Virus record (IMG/VR): IMGVR_UViG_3300016476_000460
Location: 1 to 33,110 of that record
Reading direction: 5' to 3' (one strand)
DNA from: a virus
Lineage: Duplodnaviria; Caudoviricetes
DNA length: 33,110 nucleotides
A program made the position numbers and the translations under genes. Of this stretch, positions 33,019 through 33,110 are shown in pieces. The notes under the pieces were generated by a model that saw only the letters and a program-made list of their open reading frames with translations, was not told the DNA's origin and did no database searches. The stretch's first letter is position 1; the number at the start of each line of letters is the position of its first letter.

Positions 33019-33110
33019 TTACTCAGCAGATTCGCTGGTCTGAGTAGCAGCCTGAGCCTGTGCCTTACGCTGATTCAGCACTTCCTGAATCAAACGAGCC
33101 ACTTCCTTGC
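33019..33110 (-). CDS. 3' end of a gene entering from the right edge (..KEVARLIQEVLNQRKAQAQAATQTSESAE*)
   Basis: Open frame ending in TAA just before the terminator. Confidence 0.55.
   Translation of the reverse strand, partial: KEVARLIQEVLNQRKAQAQAATQTSESAE

Noticed and set aside
1-33110. Alternative genetic code (stop-codon reassignment)
   Set aside because: Standard code gives full-length conserved genes and tight packing, with TAA, TAG and TGA all used as stops

Overview
AT-rich segment of a large tailed dsDNA phage genome (T4-like/jumbo myovirus-type gene content). There are no rRNA, tRNA or CRISPR features that I can see, and almost all genes lie on the minus strand. From left to right: (i) a late/virion module (~1-10 kb) marked by repeated (G/A/T)ATAAATA late-promoter boxes, with tail-fibre-like proteins, probable head proteins, a nucleotidyltransferase/RNA-ligase-like fusion, and an exonuclease plus an opposite-strand HNH endonuclease; (ii) a replication module with a DnaB/gp41 helicase, primase, a miniature DnaE-like polymerase core, a DEDDh exonuclease, a probable clamp-loader subunit and a UvsW-like helicase, interrupted by a ~5 kb array of small paralogous ORFs; (iii) an early-type region with sigma70-like promoters, WGR, L7/L12-like, AAA+, HNH and SPFH genes and a cluster of IHF-consensus sites. 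The strongest signal is a 'fractured' helicase gene: it is broken inside its Walker A motif into two ORFs carrying an atypically split intein (21-aa N-fragment, 162-aa C-fragment), with a free-standing Vsr-like endonuclease gene between them that has its own hairpin/late-promoter control. All functional calls come from motif recognition by eye; no database search was run.
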